NCBI GenBank assembly: GCA_963666215.2
Contig: CAXWPL010000005.1
Coordinates: forward strand, 992,001-1,056,000
DNA length: 64,000 bases
Reading direction: 5' to 3'
Source of the DNA: Acidobacteriota bacterium
GTDB taxonomy: Bacteria > Acidobacteriota > UBA890 > WLXD01
Part shown: positions 28,958-40,665 of the stretch, in pieces
How the letters are laid out: every line of letters starts with the position of its first letter
How positions within the stretch are numbered: the first letter of the stretch is position 1
Program-made: the position numbers and the translations under genes
Notes under the pieces: generated by a model
Told to the model about the DNA's origin: nothing
The model's database searches: none
What the model saw: the letters and a program-made list of their open reading frames with translations, nothing else

Positions 28958-31795
28958 TCACTCCTGTTGCAGCGCCGCCAGCGGGTCGATGCGTGTTGCG
29001 TGACGCGCCGGGATGTAGCTGGCGACGAGACCCACAGCGCCGAGAACGGAGGCCACAGCGACCAGCGGCAGGAAGCTGATGGCGCTGCCGAGACCGTCGA
29101 GCGCAGTATCGAACAGGCGCATGACGACGAAAGCCAGCGGGACCCCGAGCAAGAGCCCCGCAAGCGACAGCTGTAGGCCGCTACGGGCGAATTGGCGAAT
29201 CACCTGACTCGACTGCGCACCAATCGCCATGCGCAGGCCGATCTCGCGTGTTTGCAGCGCCACGGTGAACGAGGTGAGCCCGTAGATCCCCATCGCCGCC
29301 AGCGCCAGCGCGAGGGCGCCAACGCCAGCGAGCAGTCGAACAATGAACTGCGGACCGGCGAGCGTGTGCTCGATATGGGCGTTGACGGTTTGTACGTCAG
29401 AAACCGGCTGAGTCTCATCGATGCTCCCGACCAAGCGGCGCAGCGCCGGGGCCAGGCTGGCGGCCAACGCGTCGATCTCACGCGGATCGGCGGACGCTGT
29501 ACTCGAGCCCGCCGCGCGCACGACCACCTGGAAGCCACGAGTCGGGTATTGATCGTACGGCAGGTAGATCCACGAGCGCGCCGGCTCGAGACCGTGCATG
29601 CGCGACTGAGCGAATTCCGCGACCACCCCGACGATCTCCCATGTCTGTCCATGCGCCTGAATCCGCTCGCCAACAACGCCCGCCTCATCGAAGAGGTCGG
29701 CGAATTCCTGAACGAAGCGCTCATTGACGATGACCGATCCGATAGCCGGACCACGCGCCTCGGCGGCGGAGTCGTCGAAGGCATGCAGGTCGCCAGAATC
29801 GAAGGCTCGGCCTTCTTTCATCTGCAGCCGCAGCGTCTCCATCATCGACGGCGTGATGGCAGACCACGCGCTCCACGGCTCGCGCCCCACTTCGGGCGGG
29901 CGACGCTCGAGAGCGAATGACGTTACCGGCCAGGAGTTGGCTCGCGGCAAGGTAGAGGTCAGCGCCCAACTGTCAGCGCCAGCGAGCCGATCGAGCTCCT
30001 CGGCGAGCAACACCTCGAACTGGCGCATCGCCGCCGCGTCGGGATAACGATGTTGCGAAAGTGTTATCGACGCCGCCAGAAGACCATCGGATTCGAAGCC
30101 GGCATCCTTATCGAGGCGACGTTCCACCGCATCACCGAGAACGGCGGCCCCCACGAGAATGGCGAGCGCCAGTGCGAACTGCGTAACCACGAGGGCAGCC
30201 CGCACGCGCTTGCGACTTCTGCTGGAAGTGCCACCGCGTGTGCCATCCAGGAGCGGCGAACGTGCGCGACGGCGCACCGCCTGCAGCGTCGACGGCGCCC
30301 CGAACGCCACCCCGGCGAGCGCCGACAACGCCAGAGCGTGCAGCACGACGTTGAAGTCGACCTGTGGCAGGTAGGGACGCGGAATCTGATCGAGGGAGCT
30401 TGCCAGCCCGGCGATAGCCCAGGAGCCCAGCGCCAGGCCCAGCGCGCCGGCCATCAAAGCCAGCAGCACGCTCTCGGTGAGCAGCTGTCGCAACAACCGT
30501 GCGCGTCCTGCACCCAGCGCCTCGCGCACCGCGAGCTCAGAGCGCCGCGCATCGGTCTTGGCGAGGTAGAGGCCGGCCACGTTGAAGCATGCAACGAGGA
30601 GCACCAGCGTCACCACCAGGAGCAACGTGTTCACCAGAAGGCGATCCGTGGGACTCGGGAACTGCTCGTCAAACCCGATGACGACGGCGCGCTCGCCGAG
30701 GCCGAGCTCGGGGTTCTCGCGGTCGATATCGGCCGTGATCGCCGACACCTCCTGGCGCGCTTGCTCGGCCGTTACCCCAACGGCGAGCTTGCCCACGGCG
30801 ACGATGTCCTGGGTGTCTCGAACGTCGCGCTGGTCGGCAAAATCGGTGGCAATCCACACGTCAACGCCGGCATTCCAGAGCTCGAATTGATCCGAGAGCA
30901 CGCCCACCACTGTGTGAGCCTCACCATCGAGCATCAGCTCCGTGCCGAGCACCGCCGCGTCGCGGCCGAATCGATCGCGCCAGAAGGTCTCGCGCAGGAG
31001 CAACGGTCGCGAGGTGGCGCCGCTCGCCTTGAAAGTGCCCTCACCCGCCGCGAAGCGGCGACCGAGAACGGTCTGGGCACCGAGCATCTCCAGCAACTCT
31101 GGCGTCGTTCTCGCGGTTAACAGCTGTTCCGGTTCTTCGAGCCCGGTGAGGTTGGCTGACCGGTAGTCCAGCGGCTGCAGCGCCTCGAAGGAGTCGGTGC
31201 GCTCTTGCCAGTCGAAGAACGTCGCCGGCGACGTGGGCATCCACTCGTCGTCGGCGAAATCCGGGCGAGTTTCCCAGACGTGCACCAGCCGCTCGCCGTC
31301 GGCATAGGGCGATGGCCGAATCAGCCAAGAGTTGACGATGGCGAAGATCGTCGTGTTGGCGGCCAGCGCCAGGGCAAGTGAAACGACGGCGATCAGCGTG
31401 ACCACCGGCGTGCGGGCAATCATCCGCAGCGCGTACACCAGATCCTGCCGCATGCTCGAGATCCATTCCGTTCGTTGAGGAACATCACGTGGAGCCAACC
31501 GGCCGGCCCGGTGCCTGCCGGAGCGCGGAATCACGCTCGAGAGGCGCTCGCGCACAGCCAACACCAGAAGCCCACGAAGCTCGGCCAGCCAAAAGACCAC
31601 AAGCGCGAGACCGCGGCGGTACAAGGACACGTCCTGCAGCGAGCGGCGCGACCTGCTCGCCTGCGGCAGCCGCAGATGCAGCCGTGACCGGCGGCGGTCG
31701 CCCACGGCGGCGAGAAGCTCCTGCCCGAACTCGCGCATGAACGATGTCGGCAGGAGCCAGCGCGCCGCACGCGAGAACCAGCGCTGGCCACTCAC
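28958..31795 (-). CDS. ADOP-family duplicated (MacB/FtsX-like) ABC permease
   Basis: RQDLVYALRM, ELAVREALGAGRARLLRQLLTES, REIGLRMAIGA and YIPARHATRIDPLAAL; two periplasmic plus FtsX repeats. Confidence 0.92.
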   Translation of the reverse strand: MSGQRWFSRAARWLLPTSFMREFGQELLAAVGDRRRSRLHLRLPQASRSRRSLQDVSLYRRGLALVVFWLAELRGLLVLAVRERLSSVIPRSGRHRAGRLAPRDVPQRTEWISSMRQDLVYALRMIARTPVVTLIAVVSLALALAANTTIFAIVNSWLIRPSPYADGERLVHVWETRPDFADDEWMPTSPATFFDWQERTDSFEALQPLDYRSANLTGLEEPEQLLTARTTPELLEMLGAQTVLGRRFAAGEGTFKASGATSRPLLLRETFWRDRFGRDAAVLGTELMLDGEAHTVVGVLSDQFELWNAGVDVWIATDFADQRDVRDTQDIVAVGKLAVGVTAEQARQEVSAITADIDRENPELGLGERAVVIGFDEQFPSPTDRLLVNTLLLVVTLVLLVACFNVAGLYLAKTDARRSELAVREALGAGRARLLRQLLTESVLLALMAGALGLALGSWAIAGLASSLDQIPRPYLPQVDFNVVLHALALSALAGVAFGAPSTLQAVRRRARSPLLDGTRGGTSSRSRKRVRAALVVTQFALALAILVGAAVLGDAVERRLDKDAGFESDGLLAASITLSQHRYPDAAAMRQFEVLLAEELDRLAGADSWALTSTLPRANSWPVTSFALERRPPEVGREPWSAWSAITPSMMETLRLQMKEGRAFDSGDLHAFDDSAAEARGPAIGSVIVNERFVQEFADLFDEAGVVGERIQAHGQTWEIVGVVAEFAQSRMHGLEPARSWIYLPYDQYPTRGFQVVVRAAGSSTASADPREIDALAASLAPALRRLVGSIDETQPVSDVQTVNAHIEHTLAGPQFIVRLLAGVGALALALAAMGIYGLTSFTVALQTREIGLRMAIGAQSSQVIRQFARSGLQLSLAGLLLGVPLAFVVMRLFDTALDGLGSAISFLPLVAVASVLGAVGLVASYIPARHATRIDPLAALQQE

Positions 31796-32160
31796 GAACG
31801 TTTGGCCAGAAAGTCGGTGTCGCGCACCATGCCGGCCAGACGCTGGATACGTTCCGACTCCGCCGCGGCAACCTCTCGACCGAAGTCGGTGATGCGGTAG
31901 TAGCGTCGCCGCTCGTCATCGAGCTCGGGAGCCGGCCGCTCGTTGCTGCGCTCGAGCAACTGGTCGCGCATCATGCGCTTCACGGCGCCATAGAGCGTGC
32001 TGGCACTGAGCACCAAGGCTCGCCCGGTCCGTTGCTCGATGTCGCGAATGACACCGTAGCCATGCAGATCATGGGCGGCCAGGCTAATCAGGATTTGGAA
32101 GACGGGCTCGGATAGCGGCAGCAAGCCCTCGGCGCTGCGCTCGGTTCGGTGCAGCATCAC
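31792..32160 (-). CDS. PadR-family transcriptional regulator
   Basis: FQILISL, HGYGVIRDI, TLYGAVKRM and RRRYYRITDFG; 4-nt overlap with the ADOP start. Confidence 0.92.
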   Translation of the reverse strand: MMLHRTERSAEGLLPLSEPVFQILISLAAHDLHGYGVIRDIEQRTGRALVLSASTLYGAVKRMMRDQLLERSNERPAPELDDERRRYYRITDFGREVAAAESERIQRLAGMVRDTDFLAKRS

Positions 32161-32190
32161 GATGGGCTCATCTCCTCGGGGCCAGACAAC

Positions 32191-32223
32191 TATATCCTCA
32201 TGGGATATATCCTACGGGAGATG
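32191..32223. promoter_or_regulatory. Candidate PadR operator
   Basis: Perfect inverted repeat TATATCC-N5-GGATATA (32191-32209) plus an overlapping degenerate copy 15 nt downstream, ~30 nt upstream of padR. Confidence 0.55.
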
Positions 32224-32259
32224 TGCCACTCAGGTTTCATCGCCTCTCCGAACGAACGA

Positions 32260-32303
32260 GGGCCCCGGCAGGCGATCCCAGTGGAGGATCGCCGCCAGGG
32301 CCC
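32260..32303 (-). terminator. GC-rich hairpin downstream of leuB
   Basis: GGCGATCC/GGATCGCC inner stem and GGGCCC outer stem; no clear U-tract. Confidence 0.4.
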
Positions 32304-32332
32304 GCGCAGCCTGTAGTTAGCGGTGGCGAGCG

Positions 32333-33400
32333 CTAGATGCTCGCGAGCACCTCATCGCCCATCCGGCGCGTATCGACCGCGGCGGCGCCAACCGCCAAAT
32401 CCGGCGTGACGATACCGTGCTCGATGACGGCGGCAACGCCGCTCTCGACGACATCGGCGGCTTCGGGCATCTGCAGGGAATGACGCAGCAGGAGGGCGAC
32501 GCAAAGGATGGCGCCACAGGGATTGGCGATGCCTCGACCGGCAATGTCGGGCGCCGAGCCGTGGACTGGCTCGTACAGCCCCGGACGGCCGCCGCCGATC
32601 GACGCCGAGGGCAGCATTGCCAGCGAACCGGTCAGAACGGAGGCCTCATCGGAGAGAATATCGCCGAACAGGTTGCTGGTGACGATGACGTCGAAGTCGG
32701 CAGGCGACGTGATGATCTGCATCGCCGCCGCATCGACGTAGCGATGGTCGAGCTCGACGTCCGGGTACTCCTCGGCGACCAACCTCTCAACCGTGGCGCG
32801 CCACAGCCGCGACGTGGCCAGGACGTTGGCCTTGTCGATCGAGGTCAGGCGGCCGCCGCGAGCACGCGCCAGATCCGCCGCCACCCTTGTGACCCTCTCG
32901 ATCTCCGGCACCGTGTAGACACAGGTGTCGGTCGCCGAAGTGGCGTCGGCGGTTCTGGGCCCGAAGTAGAGACCACCGGTCAACTCACGGACGAACATCA
33001 TGTCTACGCCGTCCAGGAGTGCCGACTTGAGTGGTGAGGCCGCCGCCAGCTGCGGATACGGCCGCACGGGTCGCAGGTTCGCGAAGACCTCGAGCTCCTG
33101 GCGCAAGCGCAAGAGTCCGGCCTCCGGTCGAGCCGCCGGGTCGCCCGCGCTCCACCGCGGCCCGCCGACCGCGCCGAGTAGAACCGCGTCGGAGCGGTGG
33201 CAAAGCTCGAGAGTCTCCACCGGTAGAGGGTCACCAACCGCGTCGACCGCCGCGCCACCAATCAGTGCATCCCGCAGCGCGAAGTCGATCTCGAAGCGCT
33301 CGCCAACCCTCTCGAGCACCCGAACGGCCTCGGCCGTCACCTCCGGACCAATGCCGTCGCCCGGTAGCACGGCGATCTGCAAGGGGCTCGCTGTGTTCAC
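32333..33400 (-). CDS. leuB: 3-isopropylmalate dehydrogenase
   Basis: LPGDGIGPEV, RELTGGLYFG, DKANVL, NLFGDILSDEAS and EPVHGSAPDIAG. Confidence 0.97.
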   Translation of the reverse strand: MNTASPLQIAVLPGDGIGPEVTAEAVRVLERVGERFEIDFALRDALIGGAAVDAVGDPLPVETLELCHRSDAVLLGAVGGPRWSAGDPAARPEAGLLRLRQELEVFANLRPVRPYPQLAAASPLKSALLDGVDMMFVRELTGGLYFGPRTADATSATDTCVYTVPEIERVTRVAADLARARGGRLTSIDKANVLATSRLWRATVERLVAEEYPDVELDHRYVDAAAMQIITSPADFDVIVTSNLFGDILSDEASVLTGSLAMLPSASIGGGRPGLYEPVHGSAPDIAGRGIANPCGAILCVALLLRHSLQMPEAADVVESGVAAVIEHGIVTPDLAVGAAAVDTRRMGDEVLASI

Positions 33401-33993
33401 CGTGCGCCCGTCTCGTAGGCCGCTATTGCCGGTTCTTGCTGAAGCAGAAAGTCCATCTCGTCGATGCCGTTCAGCAGGCAGTGGCGAGCAAACGCTTCAA
33501 CCTCGAACGTGGCCCTCGGACCGTCTTCGAGAGCGACCGTTTGCTCGACAAGATCGATGTGCAGCACATCGCTGCCGCGATCGAGTAGCTCGGCGTGGAA
33601 CTCGGCCGACACCACGAGTGGCAGCAGGCCATTCTTCAGCGCATTGTTGCGAAAGATGTCGGCGATGCCGGTGCTCACCACCGCGCGAATGCCGTTCGCT
33701 AGCAGCGCCCACGGGGCATGCTCGCGCGATGAGCCGCAGCCAAAGTTGTGCCCGGCTACCAGGATCTGTGCCCCCTCGGCCTGCGCCCGGTTGAGAACGA
33801 AATCGGGCCTCTGAGCACCCTCGGCGTCGCAGCGCCAATCCGCAAACAGCCCTTCGGCGAGCCCATCGCGCCTCGTCGCTTTCAGGAACCGCGCCGGAAT
33901 GATCTGGTCGGTGTCGACATCGACACGCGGCATGGTGACGTAGCGACTGGTCAACGCCAGAAACGGCTCGCGGGCTGCTGCGGGAACGCTCAT
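33397..33993 (-). CDS. leuD: 3-isopropylmalate dehydratase small subunit
   Basis: VDTDQIIPARFLK, NFGCGSSREHAPWAL and ADIFRNN. Confidence 0.97.
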   Translation of the reverse strand: MSVPAAAREPFLALTSRYVTMPRVDVDTDQIIPARFLKATRRDGLAEGLFADWRCDAEGAQRPDFVLNRAQAEGAQILVAGHNFGCGSSREHAPWALLANGIRAVVSTGIADIFRNNALKNGLLPLVVSAEFHAELLDRGSDVLHIDLVEQTVALEDGPRATFEVEAFARHCLLNGIDEMDFLLQQEPAIAAYETGAR

Positions 33994-33997
33994 CAGG

Positions 33998-35443
33998 TCA
34001 CGAGCTCACCGCGTCGTGACCCAACGACATCAGCTCGCGCGCATCGGCCACTCGGCCGCGCACCGCCGAAGCGGCGGCCGTCAACGGACTGGCGAGTAGC
34101 GTTCGCCCACCCTTGCCCTGGCGCCCCTCGAAGTTCCGATTGCTCGTGCTCACGGCGTACTGGCCAGCCTCCAGTCGGTCGCCATTCATCCCCAGGCACA
34201 TCGAGCAGCCTGCTTCGCGCCACTCGGCACCGGCGTCCCGGAAGACGCGGTCGAGTCCCTCGCTCTCGGCTGCGCGCTTCACCGCCTGCGAGCCCGGCAC
34301 CACCAGCATGCGCACCCCGGGAGCCACCTTCTGACCCCGCAAGAGCGCCGCGGCGGCCCGCAGATCGGAAAGCCGCGAATTCGTGCAGCTGCCGAGGAAC
34401 ACAACGTCGACGGGCTTGCCCAGCACACGATCGCCCGGCTGCAGCCCCATGTACTTCAGCGCGGCTCGCTCACTGGTCGACAGCTCGTGGTCGGACGGTA
34501 TGGGGCTTCCCAAGGGAATCGCCATCCCAGGGTTGGTGCCGTAGGTGATCATCGGCTCGAGCGAGCCGGCGTCGATCACGACCTCGGCGTCGTGCACCGC
34601 TTGTTCGTCGGTCGACAGCTCACGCCAACGCCGAACCGCTGCATCCCAAGCGTCGCCCTTGGGCGATCGCGGCCGATCTGCCAGATACTCGAACGTGACG
34701 TCGTCCGGTCCGATCATGCCGGCGCGGGCGCCCGCCTCGATCGACATGTTGCACACCGTCATGCGCTCTTCCATGGAAAGCGACCGAATGGCCGAGCCGC
34801 AGTACTCGATCAGATGACCCGACGCTCCACCCACGCCGATGCGCGCAATAACCGCCAGGATGAGGTCCTTCGCGGTAACGCCGTCGGCCAGGGTGCCATC
34901 GACGCGGATCGCCATCGTCTTGGGGCGACGCTGGAGGAGACACTGCGTCGCCAGCACGTGCCCGACTTCGCTGGTGCCGATTCCGAAAGCCATGGCGCCA
35001 AATGCCCCGTGCGTGCTCGTGTGGCTGTCGCCGCAAACGATCACTTGCCCGGGTTGGGTAAGACCGAGCTCGGGGCCGATGACGTGAACGATGCCTTGGG
35101 TCGGGCTGCCGAGGTCGTGAAGCTCAATACCGAACTCTCGACAGTTGTCGCGTAGCTTTTCGGTCTGCGTGCGCGCCTGCTCGTCGTCGAACAGGTAGCG
35201 GCCGTCGGCCCGTGGCGGCGTTGTGGGCGTGGAGTGGTCCATCGTCGCCACGGTGAGGTCGGGACGCCGAACCGCCAACTCGCGCTGCCGCAACACGTCG
35301 AACGCCTGCGGGGTGGTGACCTCGTGGATCAGGTGAAGATCAACCCAGAGAATGGCGGGCGTCGCCTCGGTTTCCGAGGCGACCATGTGACTGCTCCAGA
35401 TGTTGTCGAGCAGCGTTCGAGGGGATGGCAACAACGGAGTCAC
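33998..35443 (-). CDS. leuC: 3-isopropylmalate dehydratase large subunit
   Basis: [42 protein letters not shown] and [12 protein letters not shown]; GTG start 35443 just after the leuA stop. Confidence 0.97.
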   Translation of the reverse strand: MTPLLPSPRTLLDNIWSSHMVASETEATPAILWVDLHLIHEVTTPQAFDVLRQRELAVRRPDLTVATMDHSTPTTPPRADGRYLFDDEQARTQTEKLRDNCREFGIELHDLGSPTQGIVHVIGPELGLTQPGQVIVCGDSHTSTHGAFGAMAFGIGTSEVGHVLATQCLLQRRPKTMAIRVDGTLADGVTAKDLILAVIARIGVGGASGHLIEYCGSAIRSLSMEERMTVCNMSIEAGARAGMIGPDDVTFEYLADRPRSPKGDAWDAAVRRWRELSTDEQAVHDAEVVIDAGSLEPMITYGTNPGMAIPLGSPIPSDHELSTSERAALKYMGLQPGDRVLGKPVDVVFLGSCTNSRLSDLRAAAALLRGQKVAPGVRMLVVPGSQAVKRAAESEGLDRVFRDAGAEWREAGCSMCLGMNGDRLEAGQYAVSTSNRNFEGRQGKGGRTLLASPLTAAASAVRGRVADARELMSLGHDAVSS

Positions 35444-35447
35444 CAGA

Positions 35448-37121
<1,674 letters not shown>

Positions 37122-37198
37122 GGGGGTCCTCGGCGTTGTCCGGGGATTCTCGTTCGGTCAAGGAATGAGAGGTCGTCGGGCGGGCCGGTGCAGGTCAG

Positions 37199-37840
37199 TC
37201 AGGTTGTGGGAACGGGCTTGAGAAGGCCACGAAGAAAGAAGTCGGTGATCGATTCGGCGATCTCGGTGTCACGTAACCGACCGTCCGGTCGGTACCAGCG
37301 GTACATCCAGTTGATCATCCCGAGCAGTGCCAGCGCAGCGAGCTTCGGGTCGATCGGCTCGGCCTTGCCGGCCTCGATGACTTCCTCGATCGCGTTCTGG
37401 AGGAACTGCAGGTAGTCGCGCTTGCGCTCGTTGACGCGCTCCTGCTGATGGCTGTGCAACACGTAGCCCTCGTTGAGCACAACCGTGATCTCCTTGGGGC
37501 GATCGCGGGTGTACAGCAGGACGTGCGCTCGGATAGCGGCACGCAGGCGCTCCACCGGATCACGGATATCCACCACGCGATCGCGGACTTTCTCCTCGAA
37601 AAGGTCCATGCCGTACATCATGATGCGGAACAGCAGGTCTTCCTTGCTATCGATGTGGTGGTAGATCCCGGCCTTTGTCATCCCCATCGCCTCGGCGATG
37701 TCGCTCATCGAAGACTGTCCGAAGCCCTTCTCGCAGATCAGGCGCGCCGCTGCCTCGTAAATCTGCTCCTCCCGGGTCTGGTGATCGACCCGGGGCTCGG
37801 TTTTGGCTTTGGAGGACTGCAGCTTCAACGGGCGTGACAT
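37199..37840 (-). CDS. TetR/AcrR-family regulator (KstR2/FadR-like C-terminus)
   Basis: HTH IAEAMGMTKAGIYHHIDSKEDLL; C-terminal LGMINWMYRWYRPDG. Confidence 0.92.
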   Translation of the reverse strand: MSRPLKLQSSKAKTEPRVDHQTREEQIYEAAARLICEKGFGQSSMSDIAEAMGMTKAGIYHHIDSKEDLLFRIMMYGMDLFEEKVRDRVVDIRDPVERLRAAIRAHVLLYTRDRPKEITVVLNEGYVLHSHQQERVNERKRDYLQFLQNAIEEVIEAGKAEPIDPKLAALALLGMINWMYRWYRPDGRLRDTEIAESITDFFLRGLLKPVPTT

Positions 37841-37868
37841 GGGGCACTCGAACGTCGCCAGGGATGAT

Positions 37869-37886
37869 ACCGACCGATCGGTAGGT
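37869..37886. promoter_or_regulatory. Candidate TetR operator
   Basis: Near-perfect 18-bp palindrome ACCGACCGATCGGTAGGT about 30 nt upstream of the tetR ATG. Confidence 0.65.
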
Positions 37887-37996
37887 CGCGGACCAGGCCA
37901 ACGTTAGCGAACCCACCCCCGCTGGGGCAAGTCGATTATCGCGGTCGGTCCAAGCTTGGCCACCGGTGGCCGGGGCCGATCGACGGTATTCTCGTG

Positions 37997-38025
37997 TTGC
38001 GTGTAAGATCGCGGTCGAGTAGCGT
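37997..38025 (+). promoter_or_regulatory. Putative sigma70 promoter of the met operon
   Basis: TTGCGT-N17-TAGCGT puts +1 near 38032, just before the riboswitch P1. Confidence 0.45.
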
Positions 38026-38036
38026 TCGCTACAGTA

Positions 38037-38160
38037 CTCATCGCGACCGGCGGAGGGACTGGCCCTTCGATGCCGGGGCAACCTGCGGACGAGCACTTTG
38101 CGAGGCTCGGCGCGTGGTGCCAATTCCTGCGGTGGCTCAAACGAGCTGCCGGAAGATGAG
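38037..38160 (+). ncRNA. SAM-I (S-box) riboswitch
   Basis: P1 CTCATC/GATGAG; GGCGGAGGGACTGGCCC...GATGCC kink-turn P2; GGCAACC; GGTGCCAATTCC; GAAGATGAG; lies upstream of met genes. Confidence 0.93.
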
Positions 38161-38233
38161 CGGGCGAAGCAGCATCCGTCGCGGTTCTCGCAGGAGTTTC
38201 CGATGAGGGAACTCAACTGCTGGAGAACCGATC

Positions 38234-39493
38234 TTGAACGCTTTGCCGAGCGCGGCCGCCCCGGACGCGCCATCCGCCGACTGCTTCTGCTGTACCGGAA
38301 CCTCTCCCACCCCAACCTCGTCGACTCCGAGCTCGCCCTCGGAGACCTCGGCGACGGCGATCTCGTCTGCCGGCAGACATCCCGCCGATCTTCCGCCAGC
38401 GGTGCGCGGAACCGCTCGCGTCTCGGTCGACCTCGACGATGGACGCGCCGTCGTCGACGTCCCCTACGAGCTGACGGGCAACGCGGACGGGCCGCTCGTG
38501 GCGATGCTCGGGGGCATCTCAGCCACCCGCCACGTGGCCTCGAACGGCCTCGACGCGACCCCCGGGTGGTGGAGCGGGCAGGCCGGCAACGGCGCGGCCG
38601 TCGACACTCCCCGCTACCGCGTGCTGTCGTTCGACTACGTCGGTGGTCCCGACGCTCCGCTCGCGCACAACACCTCCATTGCCACCAGCGGCCAAGCCTC
38701 GGCGCTCGCCGGCGTTCTCGACGCCCTTGATCTTCCCGCGCTAGATCTGCTGATCGGCGCCTCCTACGGCGGCATGGTGGGTCTCGCTTTCGCCGCTCGC
38801 TACCCCGAAGCGCTCCAACGACTGCTGGTCATCAGCGCGGCTCACAGAGCCCACCCGATGGCGACGGCACTGCGCGTGGTCCAGCGGCGCATCGTTCGCT
38901 TCGCACTCGATCACGACGATCCCGAACGCGGCCTCCGTTTGGCGCGGGCCCTCGCAATGACCACCTATCGCACCGCACTCGAGTTTGAAGAACGCTTCGA
39001 GGCCGCACCGTTCGCCGGCCGCACAGTGCGCTTCCCGGTGGAGGACTACCTCGACGCCCGCAGCGATGCCTTCGCGCGGACATTCGACGCCCATGGCTTC
39101 CTGGCGCTTTCGGCGTCGATCGATCACCATCGAGTCGACCCCACGGCAATCGTGACACCCACCGACATCGTCGCGGTGGACAGCGACGATGTGGTGCCGC
39201 CGTGGCTGGCGCGCGAGCTTCGCGATCGCCTGGGCGGGCCTTCCACGTACCTCGAGATCCGATCACGAGTGGGACACGACGCCTTTCTGGTTGACGTGGC
39301 GCCGATCGCCGAAAGCGTTTGCCGGAGCCTCGTGGCAACTTCGGTCGGCGCCGCATCGGCTCATTTGTCCGACGGTCCATACCACCGGAGCCCTGGTGCG
39401 GGAATCGTCGCCACCCACGTTCCGGAGGCGCAGATCGTCGCTCGCCATGCCACCAGCCCGGCTGTGCCGGTGTCGACGGAGGTAGCGCGATGA
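38234..39493 (+). CDS. metX: Homoserine O-acyltransferase (MetX fold, likely succinyl type); true start uncertain
   Basis: LGGISA, GWW, nucleophile IGASYGGMV, ARALAMTTYR and catalytic His in GHDAFL; under a SAM riboswitch. Confidence 0.88.
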   Translation: MNALPSAAAPDAPSADCFCCTGTSPTPTSSTPSSPSETSATAISSAGRHPADLPPAVRGTARVSVDLDDGRAVVDVPYELTGNADGPLVAMLGGISATRHVASNGLDATPGWWSGQAGNGAAVDTPRYRVLSFDYVGGPDAPLAHNTSIATSGQASALAGVLDALDLPALDLLIGASYGGMVGLAFAARYPEALQRLLVISAAHRAHPMATALRVVQRRIVRFALDHDDPERGLRLARALAMTTYRTALEFEERFEAAPFAGRTVRFPVEDYLDARSDAFARTFDAHGFLALSASIDHHRVDPTAIVTPTDIVAVDSDDVVPPWLARELRDRLGGPSTYLEIRSRVGHDAFLVDVAPIAESVCRSLVATSVGAASAHLSDGPYHRSPGAGIVATHVPEAQIVARHATSPAVPVSTEVAR

Positions 39494-40665
39494 GCCGCCT
39501 GCGACCCGCCACCCGTTCCGTCCGCGCCAGTGTCGGCTGCGATCCGACTCACGGCGCGGTGATGCCCCCTATCTACCTGTCGGCCAACTACACATTCGAG
39601 GAGCTCGGACGCAAGCGACAGCACGATTACTCGCGCACCTCGAATCCCACTCGCGACTGCCTCGCCGAGGCCATCGCCGATCTCGAGGGCGGAGTCGGCG
39701 CCGTGGTGACGTCGTCGGGAATGTCGGCGGTGGCTCTGGTTCTCCAGCTGCTGCGCACCGGCGATCGTGTAGCAGTGACCCACGATTGCTACGGCGGCAC
39801 ACACCGCCTGGTGAGGGCTCTGGCCGAGCGTGGACAGCTCGACGTCAAGCTCACCGACATGACCGACCCGTCGTGCATCAACGAGCTCACGGCGTGGAGC
39901 CCGCAGATGATCTGGGTTGAAACGCCCAGCAATCCGCTGCTGCGTATCACCGACATCGCCCGGCTCGCCGCGGTGGCTCGCGATACGGGGGCGCTGCTCG
40001 TGGTCGACAACACCTTCTTGTCGCCCGCGTGGCAACAACCGCTGGAGCATGGTGCCGACGTGGTGGTCCATTCAACGACCAAGTTCATCAACGGTCACAG
40101 CGATGTCGTCGGCGGCGCGGCCATTGCCAAAGCCCCCGAAGTGCTCGAGAGGCTCGCCTGGTGGGCCAACTGCATCGGCCTCGCTGGCGCGCCCTTCGAC
40201 AGCTACCTGACGCTGCGTGGTCTGCGCACGCTCGACGCGCGCACCCGTATCCACGCCGCCAACGCGCACGAGGTGGTCGAGCTGCTGTCCGTCGACGATC
40301 GGGTTGCACGGGTGTTCTACCCCGGGCTTTCCGACCATCCCGGGCACGAGACTGCCGCCCGTCAGCAGACGGGCTGGGGCAGCCTCATCAGCTTCGAGCT
40401 GCATGGTGGCGAGCCCGCGGTCCGCACATTCGTCGAGAGCCTGCGGTGTTTCTCGCTGGCCGAGTCGCTCGGCGGGGTGGAGAGCCTGGTTGCACATCCG
40501 GCAACCATGACGCACGCGGCGATGGACGCCGAGTCCCGGCGAGCCGTGGGCATCGGCGACTCGTTGATCCGTCTGTCGGTGGGGATCGAGAACGTCGACG
40601 ATCTCCTCGCCGACCTGTCGCAGGCACTCGACCGGGTGGGGAGGACGACGTGCGTGACCGCATAG
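39490..40665 (+). CDS. metB: Cystathionine gamma-synthase
   Basis: YSRTSNPTR, SSGMSA, ETPSNP, VDNTF, PLP-Lys in STTKFINGHSD and AESLGGVESL. Confidence 0.93.
   Translation: MSRLRPATRSVRASVGCDPTHGAVMPPIYLSANYTFEELGRKRQHDYSRTSNPTRDCLAEAIADLEGGVGAVVTSSGMSAVALVLQLLRTGDRVAVTHDCYGGTHRLVRALAERGQLDVKLTDMTDPSCINELTAWSPQMIWVETPSNPLLRITDIARLAAVARDTGALLVVDNTFLSPAWQQPLEHGADVVVHSTTKFINGHSDVVGGAAIAKAPEVLERLAWWANCIGLAGAPFDSYLTLRGLRTLDARTRIHAANAHEVVELLSVDDRVARVFYPGLSDHPGHETAARQQTGWGSLISFELHGGEPAVRTFVESLRCFSLAESLGGVESLVAHPATMTHAAMDAESRRAVGIGDSLIRLSVGIENVDDLLADLSQALDRVGRTTCVTA

Noticed and set aside
37122-37198. Leucine attenuator leader before leuA
   Set aside because: No start codon with a Leu-codon run and no terminator or antiterminator.
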